20,044 bases of DNA. Source: Aquificaceae bacterium. GTDB taxonomy: Bacteria > Aquificota > Aquificia > Aquificales > Aquificaceae. Positions 1 through 7,472 of this stretch are shown here, piece after piece. The stretch is taken from positions 1 to 20,044 of the forward strand of contig JAXSMZ010000027.1 in the NCBI GenBank assembly GCA_037924335.1, read 5' to 3'. Each line of letters begins with the position of its first letter. Within the stretch, counting starts at the first letter, position 1. Below the pieces are notes generated by a model. That model saw only the letters and a list, made by a program, of their open reading frames with translations, searched no databases and was not told the origin of the DNA. The position numbers and the translations under genes were made by a program.

Positions 1-116
1 GTCCTGAATGTGGATATCAGGACAAGATGAACCGCGTAGGTGCGCGGTTCACAAGGGAGCTTATAGTCCCCTTGCCTGCTAAACCTCATTCTGTGGAATA
101 TTTTTCTATGGGATGA
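1..116 (+). pseudogene. tnpB: 3' end of an internally deleted TnpB-derived ORF (partial, runs off the window start)
   Basis: Frame 3 reads (C)PECGYQDKMNRVGARFTRELIVPLPAKPHSVEYFSMG*. CxxCG..K.NR resembles the first TnpB zinc-ribbon pair. The tail is nearly identical to the tnpB tail at 19921-20043, but the DAD catalytic motif and 5 codons (RNVLM) are absent. Confidence 0.65.
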
Positions 117-124
117 GGAACTAT
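5..124 (+). ncRNA. putative TnpB omega-RNA (reRNA) scaffold / element right end, family A copy 1
   Basis: 120/120 identical to 12214-12333. Stems: 28-36/43-51 (9 bp perfect), 52-57/69-74, and 84-98/104-118 (15 bp with 4 G-U pairs). Loop ATAGT (63-67) is complementary to terminal ACTAT (120-124), giving a possible pseudoknot. Confidence 0.7.
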
Positions 125-296
125 GCTTTACGGCTTTTTAACAACCATAACAGTGGGTGCATCCTATCACATAGTTCCTTTTCTACTCTGGTGGAAGGTT
201 TACGCCCCAAAGATGGGAAAGGAGAAGGTCTCTACCTTGAAAGAGATCCTTAACATAAAAGTTGCAAAGTTGCTCCTCCTGGCAATAAAAGCTTAG
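123..296 (+). pseudogene. 57-codon fragment of a membrane protein, probably interrupted by the element
   Basis: MLYGFLTTITVGASYHIVPFLLWWKVYAPKMGKEKVSTLKEIL... is hydrophobic and reads like an internal part of a real membrane protein. It starts exactly at the element boundary and its stop overlaps the speD stop. Confidence 0.5.
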
Positions 297-688
297 ATTT
301 TTAGCAGACTACTTCGAAGCTCAAAATCCTCAGACTTTCCTATCAGACCCCTTTCAAACACTTGCTTGTCTACCCTTTTAGGCTCAAGTGTTGAAATTAT
401 GTAATCCATAGCCTTGTAGGCTTTTGATGGATCCCCACAAGTGTAAGTGTCCACTGCAGCAAGACCGTGCTCTGGCCATGTGTGAATGGATATATGGCTT
501 TCCGCAAGGAGCACAACACCGGTAGCACCATGGGGATTAAACTGATAGTAGTGGGATGAGATCTTGGTAAGGTTTGCAATTTTTACGGCACTTTCGAGTA
601 AGTGCCTTATGTCCTCGACCCTGTCAATAAGGTCGGGGCTCACGCCATAAAGGTCTGCTAGGATATGCAGTCCGAGGGTCTTTGCCAT
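293..688 (-). CDS. speD: S-adenosylmethionine decarboxylase proenzyme
   Basis: 131 aa with the LAESHISIHTWPE self-cleavage motif and YTCG. SD AAGGAGG at 702-696. Confidence 0.93.
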   Translation of the reverse strand: MAKTLGLHILADLYGVSPDLIDRVEDIRHLLESAVKIANLTKISSHYYQFNPHGATGVVLLAESHISIHTWPEHGLAAVDTYTCGDPSKAYKAMDYIISTLEPKRVDKQVFERGLIGKSEDFELRSSLLKI

Positions 689-735
689 TTCCTATCCTCC
701 TTGTCAAAGTTTTTTTGAAGGGCAAAAAGCCTCAT
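658..735 (-). CDS. putative 25-aa upstream ORF overlapping the speD start out of frame
   Basis: Perfect SD AAGGAGGT (751-744), 8-nt spacer, ATG at 735. Encodes MRLFALQKNFDKEDRKWQRPSDCIS*. Confidence 0.45.
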   Translation of the reverse strand: MRLFALQKNFDKEDRKWQRPSDCIS

Positions 736-767
736 AACACAACACCTCCTTTAAAACAGAATATTAA

Positions 768-775
768 ATTATAAT
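768..775. promoter_or_regulatory. palindromic ATTATAAT providing overlapping -10 boxes for divergent speD and rsmD
   Basis: TATAAT on + at 770-775 (7 nt before the rsmD ATG) and on - at 773-768. Confidence 0.55.
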
Positions 776-782
776 ACTTTTT

Positions 783-1235
783 ATGGAAAAAGCAAGAAGA
801 AAACATAAAATCAGACCGACTTCTTCCCTTGTAAAGCAGGCGATCTTTAACATCCTAAAAGATATAAAAGGATTAGTGTTTTTTGACCTTTTTGCTGGCA
901 CAGGGCAAGTTGGACTTATGGCTGAAGAAATGGGAGCTAATGTAATTTTTGTGGAGAAGAATCCCAAGTTTGCTAAGGAAATAGCCAAAAAAACCAAAGG
1001 TAAAGTGATTATCTCCGATGCAATAAAGTTCTTAACTGATACAGAAATTAAACCAGACATAATCTTTTCTGATCCGCCATACGACTATAAAGATTACAAT
1101 AAGCTCATTGAATTGTCCATGAAAATTCTTAATGAAGGAGGTATTCTTTTGATAGAACACAGTAAAAAATTACATCTTAATGCACAAGATGAGAGAATTT
1201 ATGGCGATACAGCCCTATCCATATGGAGGAAGTAG
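783..1235 (+). CDS. rsmD: RsmD-family 16S rRNA m2G966 methyltransferase
   Basis: IRPTS, DLFAGTG (SAM-binding) and DPPY motifs. Lies upstream of coaD, a common arrangement. Confidence 0.88.
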   Translation: MEKARRKHKIRPTSSLVKQAIFNILKDIKGLVFFDLFAGTGQVGLMAEEMGANVIFVEKNPKFAKEIAKKTKGKVIISDAIKFLTDTEIKPDIIFSDPPYDYKDYNKLIELSMKILNEGGILLIEHSKKLHLNAQDERIYGDTALSIWRK

Positions 1236-1236
1236 T

Positions 1237-1734
1237 ATGGTCAAAGTTGTGTACCCTGGAACCTTTGATCCACCCCATCTTGGACATCTTGACATAGTTA
1301 AAAGAAGCTGTGAGGTCTTTGACCGCGTAATCGTGGCAGTGGCAAAGAATCCGAGGAAAAATCTCCTTTTCAGTGTAGAGGAAAGGGTGGACATGTTCAA
1401 AAGGATGGTGGAGCATCTTGGAGAAAATGTGGAGGTAAAGGGTTTTGATTCTCTTCTTGTGGACTTTATGGTCAGAGAGAACATAAAGCTCATAGTAAGA
1501 GGGGTAAGGCTCTTTACAGATTTTGAGTACGAACTTCAGATAGCCTTGAACAACTACAAGCTTGCAAAGGTTGAAACTGTTTTTATGATGCCATCTCAGG
1601 ACTACATACACATAAGCTCAACAATAGTTAGGGACATAGCGTCTTACTGTGGTAACCTGAAAGGACTTGTCCATCCAAGCGTGGAGAAAAAGCTGAGAGA
1701 AAAGTTCCAGTGCCCAGAGTCATCTACCTTTTAA
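1237..1734 (+). CDS. coaD: phosphopantetheine adenylyltransferase
   Basis: YPGTFDPPHLGH, VRGVR..DFEYE and ISST motifs. Start moved to ATG 1237, which follows SD GGAGG. Confidence 0.95.
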   Translation: MVKVVYPGTFDPPHLGHLDIVKRSCEVFDRVIVAVAKNPRKNLLFSVEERVDMFKRMVEHLGENVEVKGFDSLLVDFMVRENIKLIVRGVRLFTDFEYELQIALNNYKLAKVETVFMMPSQDYIHISSTIVRDIASYCGNLKGLVHPSVEKKLREKFQCPESSTF

Positions 1735-2700
1735 GGAAAGAAAAGCTGTGTAGCAGTTTTTTATTCTTACGCTAAGCTTACCCCCCTGTCTATCTACAAC
1801 CTTGCTGAGTAGCATATTCCCAATACCCATACCCACACCGCTTACAGAGCTCATATCGTTCCTGAACACAAAGAGAGCCTCTCCATTTGATTTGCAAACC
1901 CTTATGTGCACAAAACTCTTAGAGTGCTTTATCGAGTTGCTTATAAGGTTGTAAAATATGTCCATCAAGTCCATGCTATCTGCGTAAACGTATACCTCCG
2001 ATAACTTTGCTATGAGCCTCTTATCCGTTATGTCCTCTTCAAAATCCTTGAGCAGACCGATGAGCAATCTGTCGGCTCTTATCCATTCCTTCTTCATATG
2101 TTTTTCTTCTTTGAGTATGTTCAAGAAAAGGTTCATGTCTTTTTCTAACTTTGAGAGACTTTTCTCTATCCTCCTTATCGTGTTTTCATCTGCTCTTCCA
2201 CTTTTTAGCAGAGAAAGGTTAACCTTCTGCACGGACAGAAAATTGCCCAGTTTGTGAGCAATGGACACGATGAGACTTTTTATCCATTCTTCCTGTTCAT
2301 GGATCTTCCTTAGAAAGTTGTCTATGACAAGCTGATAAACAAGGATCACGGAGAAGATAGTTAAAAACTCAGCAATGAATATCCTCTTTATGGGATCGTT
2401 CATGAGCTTTTGGGCATAGGTTTTGCTAACACTCACGTTAACATCTTTCAAGGGGTCAGAAGGGTCTTTAAAAGCAAAAATCCTGTAAGCACTTCCCTTA
2501 TTATCCTGTATAGAGAAATGCTCATCACCTTTGTAGTTCCTGTTGTATATATAGGCAAGATAATGAGCGTAGGCCTCTCTGTAAAGGGACTCATCCACTA
2601 AGTTTCTTACTTCGTAAAAAAGTAAAAAGTTCATAATTCCAAAGGTAAACAGAAGAGTTACGAAAAGGTATGCCAAAAGCTTTAACTTTTTAATCCTCAA
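1720..2700 (-). CDS. membrane sensor histidine kinase-like protein with atypical catalytic boxes
   Basis: Two TM helices, H-box-like SIAHKLGN, N-box NLISNSIKH and G2-like GMGIG. Overlaps the upstream response regulator. Confidence 0.8.
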   Translation of the reverse strand: MRIKKLKLLAYLFVTLLFTFGIMNFLLFYEVRNLVDESLYREAYAHYLAYIYNRNYKGDEHFSIQDNKGSAYRIFAFKDPSDPLKDVNVSVSKTYAQKLMNDPIKRIFIAEFLTIFSVILVYQLVIDNFLRKIHEQEEWIKSLIVSIAHKLGNFLSVQKVNLSLLKSGRADENTIRRIEKSLSKLEKDMNLFLNILKEEKHMKKEWIRADRLLIGLLKDFEEDITDKRLIAKLSEVYVYADSMDLMDIFYNLISNSIKHSKSFVHIRVCKSNGEALFVFRNDMSSVSGVGMGIGNMLLSKVVDRQGGKLSVRIKNCYTAFLSLKGR

Positions 2701-3337
2701 TCTTGTACCCGCTCCCTTTTCTGGAGATTATAAACCCATCTGGAAGGTTCTTCCTTAGGTTTTTTATATGGGTTCTGACAACATCATCACCTACTGGCTC
2801 ATCTCCCCATACGTAGTTGAGGAGCTCTTCAGAAGAAACAAACCTGCCCCTGTTCTCCACTAAATATTTGAAGAGAAGCCACTCCTTCCTGGACAGGTTC
2901 ACAGTTTTTCCAGATACGGACAATTTCTCCTTTTCAAGGTCTACCATCACATCCCCCATGACTACGACGGGTGTTCCCACCTTTCTCCTGTAGAGGCTCT
3001 TTATTCTTAGGATGAGCTCTTTTGGCTCAAAGGGCTTTGTAAGGTAGTCATCTGCACCAGATGTAAAACATCTCTCTTTATCTTCTATGCTTTTCTTTGC
3101 TGTGAGTATGAGCACTGGAGTTTTCTTGTCCACTTTTCTTATATCTTCGAGCAATACCTCTCCAGGTATATGCGGCATCATGAGGTCAAGGACTATTACA
3201 TCGTAAAGGGATACATCCAAAAAGGCCAAAACCTCCCTTGGGTCGTACACCCAATCCACATACATTTTTTCTCCTCTTAAGAGCTCTCTCAGCGACTCCC
3301 CCAAGAGCTTATCATCCTCTATTAGCAAGACCCTCAC
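2690..3337 (-). CDS. OmpR/PhoB-family response regulator
   Basis: Receiver motifs IEDD, LDLMMP, LTA and GADDYLTKPF. Winged-helix C-terminus VRTHIKNLRK...GSGY. Confidence 0.94.
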   Translation of the reverse strand: MRVLLIEDDKLLGESLRELLRGEKMYVDWVYDPREVLAFLDVSLYDVIVLDLMMPHIPGEVLLEDIRKVDKKTPVLILTAKKSIEDKERCFTSGADDYLTKPFEPKELILRIKSLYRRKVGTPVVVMGDVMVDLEKEKLSVSGKTVNLSRKEWLLFKYLVENRGRFVSSEELLNYVWGDEPVGDDVVRTHIKNLRKNLPDGFIISRKGSGYKIED

Positions 3338-3379
3338 ATAAATTATTATAGCTTTACCTTGTTGGCTTATAATCTTTTT

Positions 3380-4108
3380 ATGCTTGAGAAGAAACCAATA
3401 GTTGAGCTTTTATCAACTGTCGTGGAAATAATAACGGAGACTCCAACAACAAAAACGCTCCTCTTTGAGGATGGGGGTCTGGATTTTTATCCAGGGCAGT
3501 ATGTTATGATAGAGGTTCCATATCCAAAAACGGGTGAGGTTTTGAAAAGGGCTTATTCTATAGCAAACCCACCGACCCAAAAGGATCACCTAAGCATAAC
3601 AGTGAAAAGAACGCCAAACGGTAAAGCTTCTTATATACTAACAGAGCATACAAGGGTTGGAGACAAGTTTAAAGTCAAAGGACCTTACGGTAAGTTTGTA
3701 TGGCTTCCAGGGATGTCTACGAGGATAGTTTTGGTAGCTGCAGGCAGCGGTATAGTTCCCCTTATGTGCATGCTCAGGTATATTGTGGATGCCAACCTTC
3801 ACAATGTAAAAGCAACGCTCCTGTATTCAAACACATCTTACGAAGAGGTCATATATAGGGAGGAACTGAAAAGTATGGAAAAACACTCCAACATAAAAAT
3901 AGTCCACACTCTTACACGCTCTGTACCAGAAGGATGGAAAGGCTACACTGGAAGGATAAACCCAGATATGATCCTGAAAGAAGTTGATGATATACCAGCC
4001 AACCTTTACTATGTGTGCGGACCCCCTAAGTTCGTCGATGATATATCAGTTATGCTAACAGAGCTTGGAGCTGACAGAGAGCAGATAAAGAAGGAAAAGT
4101 ACGACTGA
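3380..4108 (+). CDS. FAD/NAD(P)-binding oxidoreductase (ferredoxin reductase-like)
   Basis: PGQY, RAYSI, GKAS, GPYGKF, AGSGIVP and CGPP motifs. ATG 3380 preferred over TTG 3359. Confidence 0.9.
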   Translation: MLEKKPIVELLSTVVEIITETPTTKTLLFEDGGLDFYPGQYVMIEVPYPKTGEVLKRAYSIANPPTQKDHLSITVKRTPNGKASYILTEHTRVGDKFKVKGPYGKFVWLPGMSTRIVLVAAGSGIVPLMCMLRYIVDANLHNVKATLLYSNTSYEEVIYREELKSMEKHSNIKIVHTLTRSVPEGWKGYTGRINPDMILKEVDDIPANLYYVCGPPKFVDDISVMLTELGADREQIKKEKYD

Positions 4109-5113
4109 TTATAGGATGAGCATTCCATCCCCATAGCTGTAAAATCTGTACCCTTGCTCTATGGCTTTTTTATAAGCTTCAAGGATAAACTCCCTTCCAG
4201 CGAAAGCACAGACTAAAATGAGCAGGGAAGATTTGGGAAGGTGAAAGTTTGTTATAAGAGAGTCCACCACTCTAAACTCGTAGCCTGGGTGTATGTATAT
4301 ATCAGTAAAACCTTCAAAGGGTTCAAAGGGTTTTGTTTCAAGAGCCCTAACAACAGTTGTACCTACTGCAACCACTTTTCTATCCTTGCTTTTTGTCTCT
4401 TTTATGAGATTTACCGTTTCCTCCGGAACATAAACGTACTCCTTATCAACCTTATGCTTTTCTAAACTCTCACTTTCTATTGGCTTGAAGGTACCGTAGG
4501 ATATGTGCAACGTTACAAAAGCTTTTTTAATACCTTTTTCCTCTATCATTCCTAACAGTTCTTGGGAAAAGTGGAGGGAGGCTGTAGGCGCGGCAACAGA
4601 GCCATCAACTGTAGCAAAAACTGTCTGGTAATAGGTCCTGTCTATATCTTCCTCCTCCCTTTTCATATAAGGTGGTATGGGTATGCGACCATACTTCTGT
4701 ATAGCATTCATTGGGTCCTCAGAGAGAACTCTCACCACAAACATTCCCCTTTGGAGATGTTTAACAACTTCAACTTTGAAGCCATCAGATACCTCCAATA
4801 GCATACCCTCCTTTATATTTTTGCCACCCAAGAGAGCCTTCCACTCCTTAGGGTTTATAAAATCTGTCAGAAGAATCTCCACAGTGCCTCCTGTAGGTTT
4901 TTTCCCATAAAGCCTTGCGGGTATGACCTTTGTGTTATTAAAAACGAGAAGGTCTCCCTCCTTAAGATGAAGGGGTAGGTTCAAAAAAGTATCATGCTTT
5001 ATGCTCTTCTCTTTTCTGTTTAGAACCATTAGTCTTGCACTGTGTCTTGGAATGGCTGGATACTTGGCTACTAGCTCTTCAGGAAGATAGAAGTCAAAGT
5101 CTTTTAAGTTCAT
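4109..5113 (-). CDS. queA: tRNA preQ1(34) S-adenosylmethionine ribosyltransferase-isomerase
   Basis: FDFYLPEELVAKYP, IPIPPY, GSVAAPTA, TNFHLPKS and YRFYSYGDGM motifs. Confidence 0.97.
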   Translation of the reverse strand: MNLKDFDFYLPEELVAKYPAIPRHSARLMVLNRKEKSIKHDTFLNLPLHLKEGDLLVFNNTKVIPARLYGKKPTGGTVEILLTDFINPKEWKALLGGKNIKEGMLLEVSDGFKVEVVKHLQRGMFVVRVLSEDPMNAIQKYGRIPIPPYMKREEEDIDRTYYQTVFATVDGSVAAPTASLHFSQELLGMIEEKGIKKAFVTLHISYGTFKPIESESLEKHKVDKEYVYVPEETVNLIKETKSKDRKVVAVGTTVVRALETKPFEPFEGFTDIYIHPGYEFRVVDSLITNFHLPKSSLLILVCAFAGREFILEAYKKAIEQGYRFYSYGDGMLIL

Positions 5114-5135
5114 ATTAATATTTTGTTAATTATAG

Positions 5136-5262
5136 GTGAACTATCCTTCATTTCAATGAAGGGCTTCCTGCTTCAACGACAGGTGCCTCGTAGACCAAGC
5201 CATATAAGCTTGTTCCGCCGCCAGAGCTATCTTCACAGGCGTAAGTTCGGGCTGTTCCATTC
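5136..5262 (-). ncRNA. putative omega-RNA scaffold overlapping the tnpB 3' end
   Basis: TTACGCCTGTG...GTCGTTGAAGCAGGAAGCCC, then a hairpin, then TAGTTCAC. TGAA and TTCA are complementary (possible pseudoknot). The 5' limit is approximate. Confidence 0.6.
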
Positions 5263-5740
5263 ATACTTAATGCTATATATAGTAGATTTTTCGCTGCATT
5301 GATATATCTGTCATGCTTTGTTCTACATACAGGGCATGTCCACTCTCTGTCGTAGAGAGTCAGAGATGTGTTTTTGTAGCCACATTCACTGCAAAGTTTT
5401 GAGGATGGGTAGAACCTATCGGCAAAGATAATGTCTCTTCCATACCACTTAGCTTTGTAGGATAGAAAGGTCAAAAACATAGTCCAGCCACTATCGAAGA
5501 TGGCTTTGGATAATCTACCATTTTGAAGAAGACCTTTGACGTGCAGATTCTCTACCACTTGGTTTTCGTTGATAATAGTAGAGGAAAGTTTATGTAGAAA
5601 ATCTATCCTTTGATTTCTTACTTTCTCATGCAATTTTGTCACTCTTTGTGCTTGCTTTTGATAGTTCTTAGAATCCTTCTCTTTCCTGCTTAATTTTTTC
5701 TGTTGTCTCTTGGGAAGCCTCTCAGTCTTTAGTAGATACC
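5148..5740 (-). pseudogene. tnpB: C-terminal half of TnpB, N-terminus and RuvC-I deleted
   Basis: The open frame extends upstream of the ORF call (QKKLSRKEKDSKNYQKQ). It contains RNQRIDFLHKLS, VENL, PSSKLCSECG, WTCPVC and HDRYINAAKN, where the consensus is HDRDxNAA. Confidence 0.9.
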
Positions 5741-5841
5741 ATTTCCTAATGCTAAGGAAAATAGTTAACCTGTGGTTAACAGAAAGGCTTAGGCATTCAT
5801 AAAGTCTTTATAAATCAAGAACTTCAGAGGTTTAGCTTTCT

Positions 5842-5885
5842 GGCTCATAACCCGAAGGTCGGAGGTTCAAATCCTCCCCCCGCAA
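5842..5885 (+). pseudogene. orphan 3' half of initiator tRNA-fMet(CAT), att-site-like
   Basis: GG-CTCATAA-CCCGA-AGGTC-GGAGG-TTCAAAT-CCTCC-CCCCGCA-A gives the anticodon loop, T arm and acceptor 3' strand. No D arm or 5' acceptor strand upstream. Confidence 0.85.
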
Positions 5886-5917
5886 TTTATACCTTACCTG
5901 TGTTATCATAATTGCTG

Positions 5918-6475
5918 ATGATCAGAGCTTTCATAGGGTTCTTTACCACAAAGAAATTACATGAACAGGTTGAAAAACTTGAAAAACAAGCGAGCGATTT
6001 CATAAAGGGTAAATGGGTGGAACCTCAAAACCTTCACATGACCTTCCAGTTTATAAGGGAAATAGATGAGGATGGACTTGTAAATGTCATAAAGAACATG
6101 CAAGAGGTAGCAAGCAGATATAAACCCATACACATAAAGTATAAGTCGCTGGGAGTCTTTCCATCAGTGGAAAGGGCAAGAGTCCTATGGATAGGCATTC
6201 AGGAGGGCGCAAACCAGCTTAGAAATTTAGCAAAAGACATATCAACGGCCAACAGAAGGTCTGGCGTAAAGGAGGATGGGAAACCCTTCCATCCTCATGT
6301 GACTATGTGCAGGATAAAGGAAGCTAACCATAAAAAGCTTAAGGAGTTTTTAAAACAGAACCAAAACACATACTTTGGCGAAGATACTGTGGACCGCATC
6401 TCTTTAGTAAAGAGCTCTTTAAGTTATGTGGGACCAATCTATACGATTTTGGAGGAGTTTTTCTTCTATGGATAG
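5918..6475 (+). CDS. thpR: RNA 2',3'-cyclic phosphodiesterase (2H family, LigT)
   Basis: Two HxT motifs (NLHMTFQF, FHPHVTM) and ARVLWIG. Confidence 0.92.
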   Translation: MIRAFIGFFTTKKLHEQVEKLEKQASDFIKGKWVEPQNLHMTFQFIREIDEDGLVNVIKNMQEVASRYKPIHIKYKSLGVFPSVERARVLWIGIQEGANQLRNLAKDISTANRRSGVKEDGKPFHPHVTMCRIKEANHKKLKEFLKQNQNTYFGEDTVDRISLVKSSLSYVGPIYTILEEFFFYG

Positions 6476-7472
6476 ATGGACATACAAAGATGCAGGTGTT
6501 GATATAGGAAGGGCTGATGAGCTTGTAGAATACATAAAAGCCCGTGTAGCCAACACTTGGAAGAACATTATGCTTCTAGGAGGCTTCTCCAGCGGGCTTA
6601 AGATAGAAGGCTACAAGGACCCAGTCCTTTTCATGTCAACTGACGGAGTTGGTACAAAGTTAAAAGTTGCACAAGCGATCGGTGTTCATAACACAGTAGG
6701 AATTGATTTGGTAGCCATGAACGTAAACGATGTTATAACCTCAGGGGCAAAGCCTTTCGCCTTTCTTGATTATATAGCAACTGGTAGAATAGAGGTCAAC
6801 GTGCTTAAAGCTGTCTTAGATGGCATATTGGAAGGTTGTACAAGGGCAGAGACGCCTCTTGTTGGAGGAGAAACTGCAGAGATGCCAGACTTCTATCCAG
6901 ATGGTGTTTATGACCTTGCTGGTTTCTGTGTGGGATTGTGTGAGGCAGACAGCGTCCTTTCAGGAGAGGATATAGGGGAAGGAGACCTCGTTCTTGGTAT
7001 CCCCTCTTCTGGATTTCACTCCAACGGCTACTCTTTGATAAGAAAGGTTCTAAAGGCAAAGGGCATAGATTACCAAGAGCATGTGCAAGATTTTGGGAAA
7101 ACAGTGGCGGAGGTGCTCCTTGAACCAACGCGCATATACTGGAAAGACATAAAAAAGATAAGGGGCTCAGTTCGCATAAAGGCTATGGTTCATATAACGG
7201 GTGGTGGTATTAGAGAGAATCTTATAAGAGTACTAAAGGATGGAAGAAGGGCTATAATAGAGAAATCAGGCATACCTAAAAACCCCATCTTTGATTGGGT
7301 CAAAAGCTTAGGGAACATAGCCGAGGAGGAGATGTATAGGACATTCAACATGGGTGTTGGTTTTATGCTTGTGGTAAGCAAGGAGGAGGCAAGCAAGGTC
7401 TTTAACCTTCTGGATGATGTTTTTCTATGTGGACGTATAGAAAGGGGGAAAAGAGATGTCATACTTGTTTAG
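6468..7472 (+). CDS. purM: phosphoribosylformylglycinamidine cyclo-ligase (AIR synthetase)
   Basis: TYKDAGVDI, STDGVGTKL, GGETAEMP, HSNGYSL, HITGGG and TFNMGVG motifs. Start moved to ATG 6468. Confidence 0.96.
   Translation: MDRWTYKDAGVDIGRADELVEYIKARVANTWKNIMLLGGFSSGLKIEGYKDPVLFMSTDGVGTKLKVAQAIGVHNTVGIDLVAMNVNDVITSGAKPFAFLDYIATGRIEVNVLKAVLDGILEGCTRAETPLVGGETAEMPDFYPDGVYDLAGFCVGLCEADSVLSGEDIGEGDLVLGIPSSGFHSNGYSLIRKVLKAKGIDYQEHVQDFGKTVAEVLLEPTRIYWKDIKKIRGSVRIKAMVHITGGGIRENLIRVLKDGRRAIIEKSGIPKNPIFDWVKSLGNIAEEEMYRTFNMGVGFMLVVSKEEASKVFNLLDDVFLCGRIERGKRDVILV

Larger units (their letters stand above)
5136..5780 (-). mobile_element. internally deleted IS200/IS605 (IS1341-like) element; left boundary approximate
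   Basis: Contains a tnpB fragment. Right end GAAGCCCTTCATTGAAATGAAGGATAGTTCAC has a hairpin at 5145-5162. Candidate left-end hairpin GTTAACC-N3-GGTTAAC at 5764-5780. Confidence 0.78.

Noticed and set aside
772..779. 8-nt match (AAGTATTA, minus strand) of the copy-3 guide at the rsmD/speD -10 region
   Set aside because: An AT-rich 8-mer is not significant, and I saw no long match for any guide in the window.
3351..3357. 7-nt match (GCTTTAC) of the copy-1 guide in the regulator/oxidoreductase promoter region
   Set aside because: A 7-mer is expected by chance in 20 kb on two strands, and the TAM is unknown.
5821..5890. Functional tRNA-Met gene
   Set aside because: The 5' acceptor strand and D arm are missing.
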